Assembly: GCA_050084985.1 (NCBI GenBank)
Contig: JBITNC010000001.1
Location: 68,758,001-68,822,000 of the forward strand
Reading direction: 5' to 3'
From: Nageia nagi
Taxonomy: Eukaryota > Plantae > Pinophyta
Length of the DNA stretch: 64,000 nucleotides
Shown one piece after another: positions 49,701 to 64,000 of the stretch. Both the position numbers and the translations under genes were made by a program. Position 1 is the stretch's first letter. Each line of letters starts with the position of its first letter. Below the pieces are notes generated by a model that did not search any database, had not been told where the DNA came from, and worked only from the letters and a program-made list of their open reading frames with translations.

Positions 49701-52700
49701 TATAATCCCATGCAACCTTTGTTGTTTATCATGGCTTTTATCATCTTTCCTTTCTTTCATCTTTCTATTCTTGTCCTTCCTTGTTTGTCATAGATTCCTT
49801 TCACTTTCTTGCCATCCTAAGTGAGCTTTAGGATGCCATAGTCTACTGTGCATGTCATGAATTTTTAGCTAAGTGCTTTTGTTCTACCCTTAAGTCCCTA
49901 TTATGATAGCAACTTGCCTTAATTCATGTGTAGCCCAAAAATTACCTTGATATTTGCATGATTTTTCATCTTGAACATGCTGATCATGTTCACCTCTTCT
50001 TATTTTTATTGAGTCATCCTAATTGGACATGGCATGTCATGGTGTACACCTTGTTCAATCCCTTCTTGTTGCAATTGGTGGGTGCACTACATTGGTTCAT
50101 TGTCTATGAATCTAAGGAGTATTTTAAACCAATCACTATTTCTTGGGCGATACATGTTTATCACCTATAATGGTCATCCAACTACTCAATCTACATCATT
50201 CATCATGGTGGAGATCGAATGCTTCATCATGAATTCACCTTCCTATGTCATTTCCCATCATTGTCACATTAGTTGCTACTTTAGCTAGATCCATTCAATT
50301 TTATATCTTTGAATGATGCCAACTCATTTCACTTAGATGTTTAGTTGTCCAACCATGCATCAAACACACCGTTCTAGCTACCCATTAGGTTTATTAGTGG
50401 GAATATTTCTTTTTACATTTGCTACCCATTTGAGCTTTTTGGTGGGAATATTACTTTATTTTTAATAAAAATCATCATCATTTCTTTTCATATATCCCTA
50501 TTCATTTGATTACCTTTTATTTTCCTTGACCATTCAATCAAATGGTCAAGCATGTGGTTTGTTCATCTTTTGCATCTTTATCTTTTGATTTGCATTGTTC
50601 ATTTTCACTTATGATCAATGATCTAGATCACTTGGTGTGCCTTTCTTTATCTTTCCTCATGTGGCCTCTATCTTTATCTTCAATCATTTTCAAGAAATTT
50701 TGCTAGTTTCTTGACATTGTTTATCATTCTTCTCCCTCTTTCTTTCTTCCTACTTCAATCATGGATCGATTCCTCTTTGATGATCTTGATCCTCATCTCC
50801 CTCAGGAGGTCTTGCATTATCACATTCATCATCATGTCATCTATCATGTATGTACTTCTCTACAAACCATTCTTCATCAAAATGTCATCTGCATTCAAAC
50901 AAATCATGTCCTTCATTGATACATAACTTTATTTATTCATCAAATGGATGATGTAGATCATCTACATCTTATCATGAACATTACTTGTTGCTTGAATTAG
51001 ACATGGAAGGTCAAAATATACTATCCATGGGACATGTTGATGTTCTACTTCATGCATTTTATGAGTCCTTTGCCATTGCATCCTCAAGAGCACTATCATC
51101 CATTCATAGTCATGCACACAATTTGTTGACATGACCTTCATTGGGACTCTACCTTTTGAACACAACTAGTTTGTGAAGATAATATGTGGGTATTCTACCC
51201 ATATTTTGAATCTTATGCTACTTCCCACCAATCATGTTCTTGGACCTCTTCATTCATATGACTTGCCTATCAGCCCTCCAAGATCACCAACCTCTAAACC
51301 TAAGAGCTTGCTTTTAGCTCTCCTACCTTGTTGATGGTTCAACATAGTCTTCAATTTTATCTCTGTCTCCCTCTTTTTTCTAGCCATCTGCTTAAGCTTG
51401 TCAACAAAACTAGCATTATTTGTCACTATTGGCATCTATTACCTTCTATGTTTGTTCTTTGTTTGCTATCCACGTGAGCATGTTGATGGAAACTTTGATT
51501 AATGTTAATACATGTGTTCTCTATTAATTATTGTCTTAGACTTGTTTATCATCACTTTATTCTATCGATTTGATCTTTTATCATATGTTGCAAAGTTGAT
51601 TAAATTTTAATCTATGTCACTACATAATCTTGTATCATAATAAATTTGTTTTAATCTTGACAAGATTGATTTTTAATGAACAAATTTATATATCATCATT
51701 ATCAACTTTATCATTTATCATTTTATCATTTTAATGAACAAATTTTATTTAACTAATCTGGCTCAATTATTTGTAATTAATGCAATATTAGTCTCTCATA
51801 ATGGGATGTTGCATTTATGAGCCATTGATCTTGTAATTTGGCATCTTTAGGCAACCATTGTGGGATGTTGGGATTCCTGGATCCCTAGATGATTTAATTT
51901 GTCATCCCAAGACACTAGAAGAGGGATGTTGCACTTTGGCTGATTCCAAGGTATGAGAGATCTTATTATAAAAGGAGATGGGATGCATCATTTGGGGATG
52001 CTTGAAGATCATTAGAGTTTATCTCTTTTCAGGGGTTAGCAGCTAGTGGAGTTGCAGATTTCTAGCTAGCTTAGTGGGAGAGCTCGAGCCAATGTGGAGG
52101 AGTTCTTACCTAAGCTAGGATAGTAGCTTGAGCCAGTGAGGTGGAGTTGCTAGAGTAGCTCGAGCCAGTGAGGTGGAGTTACTAGAATAGTTCAAGCTAA
52201 TGTGGTGGAACTATTCCATCCCTAATCCAGATCCAACCAATGGGGTAGATCTAGATCCATCCAGTGTGTCCATATTCCAGATCCAGATCTAACCTACCAA
52301 ATTAGCATGAGGAGGCATGTCCTAGATCCAGACCAGCTGAATCAATGTGAGGAGGCTCGTCCAGCATTATGGAGAAGAGGTTGAAGAACTTGCAGGGCTA
52401 GATCATCCAAATCTACCTTATGAGGGAAAACATCCCCCTTCTTGAGCATTTGGGTATTTTTCCTTGAGTATTGTACTTGTCCATTTGGGATGTCCTAGCT
52501 CTTGAAGAATAAAATTCATTTTTGGCTCTATTTCTTGTTCAATTTGTAGATCTGATTTTAATTGAGCTAGTTAAAAAAATATAAATATATATATAAATTC
52601 CTAAGTAGTGATATTTCAACTTTGGAATACTACACTTTAACAAAAATTGCATTTTGTGAGTTTTGGGGATATTACAAGGATCCAGGAAGCCCAACGTCCC

Positions 52701-53686
52701 ACAATGGTTGCCTAGAGATGCCAAATTACAAGATCAATGGCTCATAAATGTAATGTCCCATTATGAGAGACTAATATTGCATTAATTACAAATGATTGAG
52801 CTAGATTAGTTAAATAAAATCCAAAGGTGAGTGCCTCAAGGGTCTCTTTAGCCTTGGTTACAGAAATAAATGCAAAATATTAATAAAATACTCCTAAATT
52901 AATTTATTTTTGGTTTCTTCTCCTTTTCCATGAATGTCACACTCCAAGAGGAGAGAAAGTGGACATTTTACAAATTTGGGGACATTACAAGTCTCCCCTT
53001 CCTAAATTGCTTATCCCCAAGCAACTCAAGATAAATTGGCCCTTCTCTTTCACATCCTAAAAAGCTGTAATGCAGATGAAAGAACAAGGAGAAAGAGTTC
53101 CAATTTTCTACTGCAAGTGATGGCCAAAATGTCTACCTTCATAGCTCCACAACCCAACATCCAAGTCTTGAATGAAATCAAGGAGTGCTAGTGGGTTATC
53201 TTCTATCCAAGACTACATCACATGATGGGAGGGAGAATCTACAATTTTAGCAAGCATGAATATATTCATCCCAACATCCCAATGGTCTAAGTGGCTGAGT
53301 GGTTCACAAGGAAAAGTATGATGAAGTAATACCAAATCTCCAATCCCTTTATTTCTCATTTTAAGCAAGATGACAGACAATTTATCCCAAAACATTTTGT
53401 AGTAATATACTTGTAACAGGGACATATATGCCAAAGAGAAGTAAATCTGACCAGCAAGTATTATCACTTATTTCCAATCTTCAATCAACCTCCAACTTAT
53501 TATCCAAAAAAAGAACACTCTTAACCAATTCGTTAGTGGTTGAGAAAATGTGGGCATGTTACCTTGGTATTGGGTGACATCTTGCATGGTAGTTCTATTT
53601 GGGATGTGAAGAATGATTTGATGTTGCTACTTTGGGTCTTCTATTACTTCCAATCGATGGGCTTGTGAAGTGGCCCTATTGCTACC

Positions 53687-55100
53687 CTACAATCCTCTCA
53701 TGATGACCTCCTTTCCATTTGCCAGGAACTTCATTTCCAAGGTGTCATAATTTGTCCTAATATCCCCCAAAGTTTTCAGCCATTGAATTCCAAAGACCAT
53801 GTGTAAGGTCCGTCCCATGGGATATACATAGACATCACTTCTCATGGAGTAATTGTTGGTCTCAATTAGAAGTTGTCTAATCACCTTATTACAAAATGAG
53901 ATTTTGCCGTTAGCATTGGCCACTTTGAATCCTTCAAAAACATCCATCCTTACTCCTTTCTTAGCAACAAATAAAGCATCAATGAAGTTGTGAGATGCCC
54001 CTCTATCGATAAGAATAATCACTTCTTCTCCTAGAGCTCTTCCTTGAATGCACAATGTGGGGCAATGGGGTGCTCCACTAATGGTGGCCAAGGTGTCATG
54101 AGTGGAAAACTCTTCTACAAATTTTGAAATGCTCCACAAATCTAATTTAGGTTCCTCCATCTCCACTACCTCTACATAACTGAGCTGCACCTTCCCATTG
54201 TAATGATGGCCTAGCTCCCATGATCCTCTGTAGACAAAGCACATTTTCCTTCTTCTCATTTCAGAATGTGAGATCTCCTAATCCCTCTATGTCTACTCCA
54301 ATGGCCATGCATTTCTCCTTGGTGGAGATGTGAGCCTTTCTTGGATCCCATTCATTTTACTTGCTGGCATAATTTGTTGCTGGGGTGGCTACGTCCTTCC
54401 TTGATTGCTCTTCCCTTAGATCAAACTAGTTGATTCAAGTGCTACAGCCCTTCTGATTGCCTCATCAAGATCATTTGGCTCAATTGCTTTGATAGATGCT
54501 CTGATATTTTCATTCAAACCCTCCATGAACATAGCCATCCTTCTAGCTTCTAATAGATCTAAAACCATAATAAAACATTCATAAACTCATCTACATATTC
54601 TTCAATTGTACCTTTCTATTGGATCTTGGTGAGCTCATGGAAGTAACTTTCTTTAGTCTTCTTTTCAAAACATTCTAGCAACCTTTGGCAAAATTCATCA
54701 AAAGTTGAGATCTGGTCATGCCCCAACATTTTCAATCCATGGTGCCACCACTCATAGGCTCATCCCTTCAAGGAGAATGTGGCAAAACATATGGCCTCAT
54801 CTTCTACCATGGAATTGAAAGATAGGTACATTTGGAGCTGGTGAATCCATCCTCTTATCAAGATCCCCGCACCTCGATCAAATTTCTCCAATTGGATCTT
54901 CTACAATGGCTCCTTAAAGATAGGTGGGTGTCCTCCTTGTCTCCCTCCAATTGTCCATGAAATTCTTAGAAAGATATGATGTTTCTGTACTCTACTAGTT
55001 TGGCCATGTACTCATCGAACAATTGGTTGAGCCTATCCTGATGTCTTCGATAGATCTTCTCTAGATCTTCCTCTTTTCTAAAAAGAGGCTTAGGTGGAAT
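53687..55100 (-). pseudogene. Gypsy gag and aspartic protease pseudogene
   Basis: ORF 53687-54259 contains VIILIDRGASHNFID..VFGIQWLKTLG; upstream gag remnants (AYEWWHHG) with stops. Confidence 0.85.
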
Positions 55101-55442
55101 AGGTACATACTTCTGATAATGAGATCTAGCCCTAGATGAGCTCTCTCCTTGGTCATTTCTATTCTCCCAATCAGGTGGTGAAGTCTAGTTCCCTCTTTGG
55201 GATGTGAGTATCTACAATTACTTCATCATCTTCCTTAATGCATCTAGGATGACTATGTTGGAATCGGCCATGTTCCCTTGTCTAGCTTCCTCCCACTCTT
55301 CAGATCCCTCTAGATCTATTACATCTCTCTCCTCCAAGCTTGACCAAACAATTAGGATCACTTCTTCCTCTCAAGTAGTAATTATGGATCTTGGGTGGCA
55401 TGAGCTAATATAGGCTGGCAGGAAAACTAGCTCTAATACCAC

Positions 55443-56545
55443 TGTAATATCCCCAAAACTCACAAAATGCAATTTTTGTTAAAGTGTAATATTCAAAGTT
55501 GAAATATCACTACTTAGGAATTTATATATATTTTTATATTTTTTTAACTAACTCAATTCAAATCATATCTGCAAATTGATCAAGAAATAGAGCTAGAAAT
55601 GAATTTTATTCTTCAAGAGCTGGGATGTCCCAAATGGACAAGTACAATACTCAAGGAAAAATACCCAAATGCTCAAGAAGGGGGACATTTGCCCTCACAA
55701 GGTAGATTTGGATGATCTAGCCCTACAAGTTCTTCAACCTCTTCTCCCTAATGTTGGATGAGCCTCCTCACACTGATTCAGCTGGTCTAGAATCAGGATG
55801 TGCCTCCTCACACTAATTTGGTAGGTTAGATTTGGATCTAGAATATGCTACATTGGCTAGATCTGGATCTACCCCACTAGCTAGATCTAGATCAGGGATA
55901 GAATAGTTCCACCACATTGTCTTGAACTATTCTAGTAACTCCACCTCACTGGATCGAGCTACTCTAGCAATTCCACCTCACTAGCTTGAGCTACTATCCT
56001 AGCTTAGGTAAGAACTCCTCCACACTGGCTCAAGCTCTCCCACTAAGCTAGCTGGAAAGCTGTAACTCCACTAGCTGCTAACCCTTGGAAAGAGATAAAC
56101 TATGATGATCTTCAAGCATCCCCCAAATGATGCATCCCATCTCCTTTTATAACAAGATCTCTCATACCTTGAATCACCCCAAAGTGCAACGTCCCTCTTT
56201 TGGTGTCTTGGGATGACAAATTAAATCATCTAGGGATCCAGGAAGCCCAACGTCCCACAATGGTTGCTTAGAGATGCCAAATTACAAGATCAATGGCTCA
56301 TAAATGCAACATCCCATTATGTGAGACTAATATTGCATTAATTACAAATAATTGAGCTAGATTAGTTAAATAAAATCCAAGGGTGAGTGCCTCAAGGGTC
56401 TCTTTAGCCTTGGTTATAGAAATAAATGCAAAATATTAATAAAATACTCCTAAATTAATTTATTTTTGGTTTCTCCTCCTTTGCCATGAACGTCACACTC
56501 CAAGAGGAGAGAAAGTGGACGTTTTACAAATTTGGGGACATTACA
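55443..56545 (-). repeat. LTR (1103 bp) with an internal ~32 bp tandem repeat at ~55905-56040
   Basis: Terminal inverted repeats; CTCCACCTCACTRG..GAGCTACT units. Confidence 0.9.
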
Positions 56546-57604
56546 CATAATAAATTTATTTTAATCTTGAAAAGATTGATTTTTAATGAACAAATTTAAA
56601 TATCATCATTGTTAACTTTATCATTTATCATTTTGTTAAGCATCATATTCCTACATGCTATAGTCTAATGCTTGGTGGGTTTAGGAACTTGCAATCTTCT
56701 TCTCTTTGAATTGGTATCATATGACCTATCATGCACCAAAACTAGAGTGGGAGTTAGATGGTCGGGATGACCTTATATCACCTATCATTTGCCAAAACCA
56801 ACTCTAATCCCTGATTAATCATTTTACCCTTTGATTATTAAGGAAAATTAAAATCTTTAATCATGTTTAATCATGGTGTTTCATGATTATTTCATTGAGA
56901 CAACTTATTTAAGATGAACTTACATGGCCTATCTTGCACCAAAAATCTATTTCATCTTGACTAATTATCCAACATAGTACCCTTCAACTACTAGGGCAAA
57001 GCAAAGATCATTTCCCTTTTTGCATCTAGATTAGAATAGGTAGATTAGATTCATATAGTTATTAGTTCATCCTACCTAATCATTAGTGCATCATACTTTT
57101 TCATGGTGTCTTATGATTATCCCACTATGATGCCTTGGTCAAGATGATCTTATATGACCTATAATTGTTAAATCTTGATGGTGAGATCCAATTTCATCTT
57201 ATACAGCCTATGATGTGCTAAAACCAAACTTCATTGGATTATAATGAGGCTTAGGATGATCTTATACAACCTATCATATGTCAAAACTAGCTCTCATCCT
57301 AATCACTTTATCCTTCACCCTTAAACTACTAGGTAAAGCAAAGATCACTTTCTTTCTTATTTACCCTTCAACTGCTTGGGCAAAGTAGAATCATGTATCA
57401 TACTTTGTTACATTATTTTATGATTGTTTGAGATGATCTTATATGACCTATCATGTGTTGAAGCCAACTCTCATATTGATCAATTCAGTCGTTCTTTTAG
57501 TCCTATCACGTCTATCTTCTTGTATTGTAACAACATCGCACACACTTCACCTATTTTTGTATCACATTTCATATCTCACAAAAATTGGCATAAAAAGGGG
57601 CATT

Positions 57605-58649
57605 TGTAGATACCTAAAACTTGTCATTCATCTACCTAGGTGATTTATGATATTTTTTGATCCTATATTTGAGCCTACATTGATCATATCAACATCCTAT
57701 CATGCCTCATCCTCCTTCATATGATCATTTTTCGTAACTTAAGCCATTATTACCATTTTATCACCCCTATGAATTACTGATCAATTGGTTAGAGGATTCA
57801 GTCAATCAATTGATCGGTTAGCCTTGTGTAAAATTAAACTTTAAAAACTTAAAAATAGTCTCATTCCTTATGTACATAAAAATAGATAACAATGCACTAG
57901 GTGGGTGTTAGATAGGTCAGTAGCAGGGAATCATCTTTTTTTTCTACCACCCTATGACCTAGGCCATCTTGCTCCACCATTCCATGTTCATTCTATCTAG
58001 CTAAGTTTGTAAGTCTCTCCTGGATTGATTGGGCACCTTCTCTTGTCTTTTATTCTCTCTAGATTTAGTACATTGGCTCTGGCAAGTGTCTCTCTAGTTG
58101 GTTACTCATTGAATAGCTCCCTCTCCATGCGATACTGAACTTTGAACTTAGCCACATCCAATCCTCCATGAAGATCTTAATCAACAAACCATAATACATC
58201 CAAAAATATGTTTTGATATTTATTGCAAGTATTGGAGCTAGCTTGGAGAGGAGCATCTTGGAGCACTTTGGAGCATTGTATCCTTCTATAGATAACTATT
58301 TTTAAAGCATTTGTGTGTGCATGTAGTGTATTTCTAACCTAGATCCATGCTAGTTTAGTTTATTTTTATTATTTGATCATTCCACATTGCATCATAGGCA
58401 TTTACTTATTTTCTAGCACCCATTTGGCTATGGGATAGGGATCTACATTCATTCAAGGAGGTTTTAAACCTCTCCTTGAGTATGCTATGGCATCTTAAGG
58501 GACCATAGTGAAGAGATCCCTACTAATATTTGTTTGCTGTAGATCTAAGTAAGCTATCAAACATCCATCTAGCACATCAACATCAAGCAATGTTCTAGAC
58601 GTTGCAACATGTACATCCTAAAATGGGTTAGGCTATTTTAGATGTAACA
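57605..58649 (+). repeat. 3' LTR of the Tat/Ogre element
   Basis: TG..CA ends, preceded by a PPT; its 3' third matches 13456-13801. Confidence 0.85.
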
Positions 58650-60999
58650 TAGATAAGAATAAATCTTCATACAAAATGATGTGACCATTTGAAATGAAAT
58701 AACAATGGAACTATCTTTTTGTAACTACTAGCATTTTTGGAATTTAACATAATTGAGTTCATTCAAGTTTTATGGCATGCATACCTACCTATCTAACTTC
58801 TAGAACATAAAATTGGATATGATATTTTCAACTATCTGCATGTTTTCCAACTATCTACCCTTTTATATGACTTCAACATTTATTATTTTAATGCTTAAAC
58901 ACTACAATATATGAACTTTTAACAATATATGAACTTTTAACATAATTGTAACCTACTTGGTTATTTTAGTGAGATTATTCTCACTTTAGGTTAGAGGATA
59001 ATTTTTATCCTCAATTTTTGGTGATAGGAATATTCCAAAGGAATCACTACACCTCTTTTTTCCTCTTATGGGCTTGTGATTATTCTCACAAATTATGAGA
59101 ATAATTAATTTGTTTCCTCATTTGAGAAGATTCTAGAATGGGAGTTACATTAATTTATAACTCCTTATCTAGAATGGATGTTACTTTGTAACTCCCACCT
59201 TTTGTATTGCATGGTGGCAAGTTTAGGTCATGGGAGTAATTTTGTAACTCCCCCTCTCATCTCTATTTATTAAGGTGCTCTCTCCTCTTGTTCTCATCTA
59301 GCAATTCTCCTAAGTTCTTGCTCTCTTTAGCTCTAAAATTGCTCTCTTGTAATTTCTTGGCCTTTTACCATTTTGCAATATTAGGGGGTTTTTTCTTGTC
59401 TTTTTCCCCTTGGAAAAATATCTTCTCTTCTATTTGTTTGTGTGAATTCACCTTTTTTAGTATTTAATTCATGAAATTAATGTTGACATTGATTAATTAG
59501 TTTTAATCCTTTACTTTAATTTTATATCACTTCATTCTACTAAAATGCTTTTATCTTCTATAAAGATTCATTCTAGTACATAGCTCTCTACACTATGTAC
59601 CATCTATCCATATCATATACCATATAGCTCTAGCTACTATTTGACCTTTCTATCAAACAATATAATGAAATAATCCAACTATTTCCCTTCTCTCCTACCT
59701 CTTTAATAGGGTCAACCTTGCCCACCCTTTATACAACCCATTTGGACAGGGCTTATGCTTCATGGAGTAGGTAAATCTATAAACAATAATATATATACTC
59801 AATAACTATGATCTAACAAAATTATAAAATATGAAGCATATCTAGGTTATAGATTGAATCTATAGAGTTGTAACTTCATATAATTATGATAAATGAAAAC
59901 TATGTTTTTATCTTTAGTGCCTAGATGTAACTGGGAAATCATGCTCTCATAAGATTAGAGAAATGTTGGAAGCTTGCTTATAATTATTACAATGTTTATA
60001 CAATCTTATTGGAATTATGCCATATAATTAATACTTCCATGATTTAGACTAATAATAAATGGTCATTGTCTCCAATGGATGTGTGTAGATGCAACTAGGA
60101 TCTAGAAGAGTGAGTTATGTTTGAGTCCACTGGGTTTTGGGAAAACATGAAGTGTATTGGTTGATCAAATAACTTTCCTTGGATATACCTTGGTAATAAT
60201 ATGGCTAGATTCTAAAAGGACATGCAAAGGGTGAAGATCATTAGGATTTGGAAACCTTATTCACTTGCAAGTCCATCGAGTTCTAGGAATATTGTTCTAC
60301 TTTGAAGTTCGTTGTACTCTAGGAAAATACGTAAGACAAGAGTATAGTCAAGCTTTGGGAAGATGATATACATATTCAACACCATTGGGCTTCAAGAAAG
60401 TTCTCTTTCACCAAAATACTATTATTTTGGATGCCTCTAAAATACTTCAAACATTTTAATACTTAAGCATTTACCAAAATAAATTCCATGCTTAATGCAA
60501 GTTGTAATTTCTATAACAACACTATTTTACAAACTTCTACAGAGCACTATTTCTTCTTCAATGTACTATCTAGATTTCTATAGAGGACCATTTCTATTCC
60601 TCTTACTATGTTGATAATATTATTACTATGTTTTCTATTCCTATTAGTGTGTTGAAAATAATTACAACAATGATAACTATATAGTTCAACAACTCTCTCT
60701 TTGGAATTGTTGGAAACACATTGATAATTGACTATAAAAAATTATAAACCATAACTACACACTTCCTAAACAATAGCTACACACATCCTATATCTACATA
60801 TGATTTCTCTTATTTATTATGATGGATGTTGTAATGAAAATTTTCTTCCACTTTGAAAATAATGAAAAAGGATGCACAACATTTCTCCCCTTGAATCTAT
60901 GCATAACATCCTCAATTTCATGTTAACAAGTAAACCAAGAATATGAAAAAGGAGCTTAAGATAAAATAATAAATTTCTTCTACCAAGGATGTACTTCCA

Positions 61000-63201
61000 A
61001 ATACCTTCTAGTGTGTGTGAAGTGTGACCACTCATAGCTTCTACCTTAAATATTCAAATGTTTCTTTGGGAAATGGTTTGGTGAATATATCTGCAACTTG
61101 AAAGTGGGAACAAACTCCAGTATAAACTCTTTTCCTACAACTTTCTTCTTTAGAAAATAATACATGATGGTAATGTGTTTTGTTCTTGAATGCATGAATA
61201 GATTTTGAGAGATATTAATGGTAGTCATATGATCACATATAATAGAAATAAGCTCATTACAAATAATCCCTAAATCCTTCCATGTTTCCTTCATCCACAA
61301 AGCCTACACATAACATGATGTTGATGTAATGTATTATGCTTTTGCTGTAGTTAGTGAAGTTGATTCCTATTTCTTGCTATGCCATGATACAATATTATCA
61401 CCAAGATAGAATGCACCATGACTTATGCTTTTCTTGTAATCCATATAACCTACCCAATCAACATCTAAATAAGATATTAAAGTGAAATATTTGGCTTTTA
61501 GATACATTAAATAATTCTCTATTATACCCTTCATATATCTAAAACTTCTCTTTACTACTGTAACATGGCCTTATTTAGGTTCAACTTAAAATCTTGCTAC
61601 CATACACAACTCACAAAATATTTGGCCTTGTACCAGCTAGATATAGCAAGATACCAATCATAGATCTATAAGATGTTTGGTCTACAACTAGTGATTTATC
61701 ATTTTTTCTCAACTTACATCCAATTATCATGGGAGTGCAAATTGGCTTGCAATCCTACATTGTGAATTTCTTTAGCATTTCTTTCACATATTTGAATTGA
61801 GATATAAATATGCCCTATTCTAGCTAACTAACTTACAAACAAAGAAAATATGTTAGCTCACTAATCATTAACATATAAAACTCACTTTGCATCTGGTTAT
61901 CAAATTCCTTGCATAATTTATCTTTGCATCCTTTAAAAATGATATCATATACATAAATAACTGCAATTTGATAGTAATTTTTAATTTTAACATACAAGTT
62001 GCTATCCACCATATCTTTCTAAAACACTTGCTATAGAAGATAATTGTTCAACCTTGCATACCATGCCCTAGGGGTTTCTTTTAATCCATATAGATCTTTC
62101 ATTAATATACAAACCATGTTGGGACATTCTCCTAAGTAAAATTCATTTGGTTTCTCAATGTATACCTATTCCTCAAGCTTGCCATTAAGAAAAGCTAACT
62201 TCACATCCATTTGATAGACCTTGAAATTCTTATAGATTGCTAATGCAAGAAAGATTATAATGGCTTCTAATCTAGCTATAGGTGCAAATGTTTCATCAAA
62301 ATCAATACATTAAACCTAAGTATATCCTTTGTATACCAATCATATTTTATTCCTCACAATCTATCCATTATCATTTAAATTATTCCAAAAGACCCACTTG
62401 GTTCCAATTACATTCTTGTTTGCTAGTATTGGAACTAGTTACCAAGTTTTATTCTTTTTAATTTAACTTAACTCTTCTTCCATTTTCTTTACCCACTATT
62501 CATCTTTTCTAGCTTCCATAATGTTCTTGGTTTAAATCTTATATGATAATTAATAATTGATATATTCATGTGTTTGGGAAAATATTCTTCTTGTTTGTAC
62601 ACCAACATTAGGATCTCTAATAATTTGCTCCTTGGGATGATTTGATTGCACATACTTGGTAGGAGTATTTGGTGTAGATGTATATTTTTCTTCCTCTTCT
62701 AGTTTTCTTAGTTATCTTCTTCAATTATGTCATCAAAGGTTTATAGTTTTCTTTCTTGCTAATCGATATTCTATCCCTCATCAACCTTAACATAAACACT
62801 TTCACCAATCTTCCTTAGCCTCTTATTATAACATTGATAAGCTTTGTTCTTAGAAGAATTGTTAAGAAAAATACCTTCATCTTCTCTATCTTAAAACTTA
62901 CCAAGGCTTTTTTAGTCCTTATGATATAACATTTTATATGAAAGATCTTGAAATGCTTAACTATAGCTTTTCTTCCAAACCATAGCTCATATGATATCTT
63001 GCTTTCATTTTATCTGAACATGCATCTATTTTGAATGTATATTGCTATATGGAATGCCTCTTTCCAAAAATGATTAGCAAATTTTCTCTCAGTCAACATG
63101 GTCCTTGCATCTCTTGCATAGTCCTATTATTTCTTTCCACAACACTATTTTGTTGTAGTTTTCTAATAGTTGAGAATTATCTCCTTATGCCATATTTCTC
63201 A
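61000..63201 (-). pseudogene. Degenerate Copia pol (INT-RT-RH), SIRE-like
   Basis: HSRTKHI (RH); [23 protein letters not shown] and YQMDVK (RT) on the minus strand; integrase interrupted at 63202. Confidence 0.85.
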
Positions 63202-64000
63202 TGTTGTAATGTATAATGCATTATTGTAAAAGTTTTATAATAATATTCTATGTAAGTTCACTAATACTTAAGGGTATCATTTGATACCTTAAGTATTTAA
63301 GTGAATATGATAATATAACTTGTCTTACACTCCATGTCATGAGCATGCCCCTTGGGTAAAAGGATGCGCATGTCATGCTTTTGTACATTGGATAAAAGGG
63401 TGATCCAAAGAGGGATTTTGGCCTATAAATAGAAGGCTCCCTCTTTGTGATCACACACCAATTTATGGAGTAAATTTATGCTATAGGATAGTGGTTAGGA
63501 GAAAAGAGTAGGAGGATTGTAAGAGTTAATATTTGTTAAGAAGAGAGATCTAGCTAGTGGATGTACTCCTAGTTGGAGGAACCACTTATATGTTGTGTTA
63601 TCTTTGTGAGATTGCTTTGTATGATAGTTAATGTGAATTGAGAGCTTTCATATGATCTTAGTAGTTTAGGATTGTTCATGTTATAGTTCAATTCTCTCAT
63701 TTGGTATTAGAGCTTCTTGGTAGCTTTTCTTCACATCCTTAGTGTAGAAGCTCTTCTTCATGAACATTCTTGAAGGTTCTTCATCCACATTGGGGGCATC
63801 TAGCACCCTGCACACCACCAACTGGGTAACTCCCCCATCATATCTATGGCCTATCATGTGGTGTCAAAAGAGATTCTTTTTTTTTTTTCTCATGGCTTGC
63901 ACTGCTTTGTAGCCTCCTTCATCACCTCATGATTGTTTTAGGCTATGCAATGGCCTTTATCTCCTTGTGGTCATTTTTTTTCCCCCCCTTCATAGCTTTC
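63202..64000 (+). mobile_element. 5' end of an LTR retrotransposon (LTR 63202-63699, PBS 63702-63713) running off the window
   Basis: TG..CA LTR homologous to the solo LTR at 25382; followed by TGGTATTAGAGC. Confidence 0.88.

Larger units (their letters stand above)
51743..56545 (-). mobile_element. Non-autonomous Gypsy element (gag and protease only) with a partly inverted 3' LTR
   Basis: Intact LTR 55443-56545 (TGTAATATCCCCA..TGGGGACATTACA); PBS (GCTCTAATACCA on + strand) 55430-55441; PPT (CTCCCCTT on + strand) ~52993-53000; the other LTR is split into direct 52678-52989 and inverted 51743-52676. Confidence 0.88.
13456..58649 (+). mobile_element. Large degenerate Ty3/Gypsy Tat/Ogre-type element hosting several nested insertions
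   Basis: Truncated 5' LTR 13456-13801 matches the end of the 3' LTR 57605-58649 (TGTAGA..GTAACA); tRNA-Arg-like PBS at 13807; PPT AAAAAGGGGC ~57592-57601; domain order gag-PR-(RT missing)-RH-aRH-INT. Confidence 0.85.

Noticed and set aside
58700-60990. Possible LTR or 3' region of the minus-strand Copia
   Set aside because: No second copy, TSD or clear terminus in the window to support boundaries

Overview
This 64 kb window is plant heterochromatin, probably from a large-genome gymnosperm (an inference from element types and strong CpG decay). It consists almost entirely of nested LTR retrotransposons, and I found no host gene. A decayed Tat/Ogre-type Gypsy element (~13.5-58.6 kb; aRH domain, antisense PMD ORF) contains a CRM-like fragment carrying a small Copia, a solo LTR, a Galadriel-like chromovirus (26193-42222, TSD TCATG) and a gag-protease-only Gypsy with a rearranged LTR. 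The standout is a very young 9.3 kb element (29601-38941, TSD GGCCC) inserted into the chromovirus RT. Its 1.9 kb LTRs differ at only about 2 positions by eye. It has no pol and encodes an intact Gag plus an intact ~1160 aa protein (globular N-terminal domain, NLS, Pro/Ser-rich linker, coiled coil). Its LTRs carry a ~60/125 bp array of TCCGGA and TGACGTCA motifs, and TCCGGA recurs inside gag. It has two tRNA-Arg PBS-like sites, and an inverted PBS-like motif sits where the PPT should be. All calls were made by eye with no database searches.
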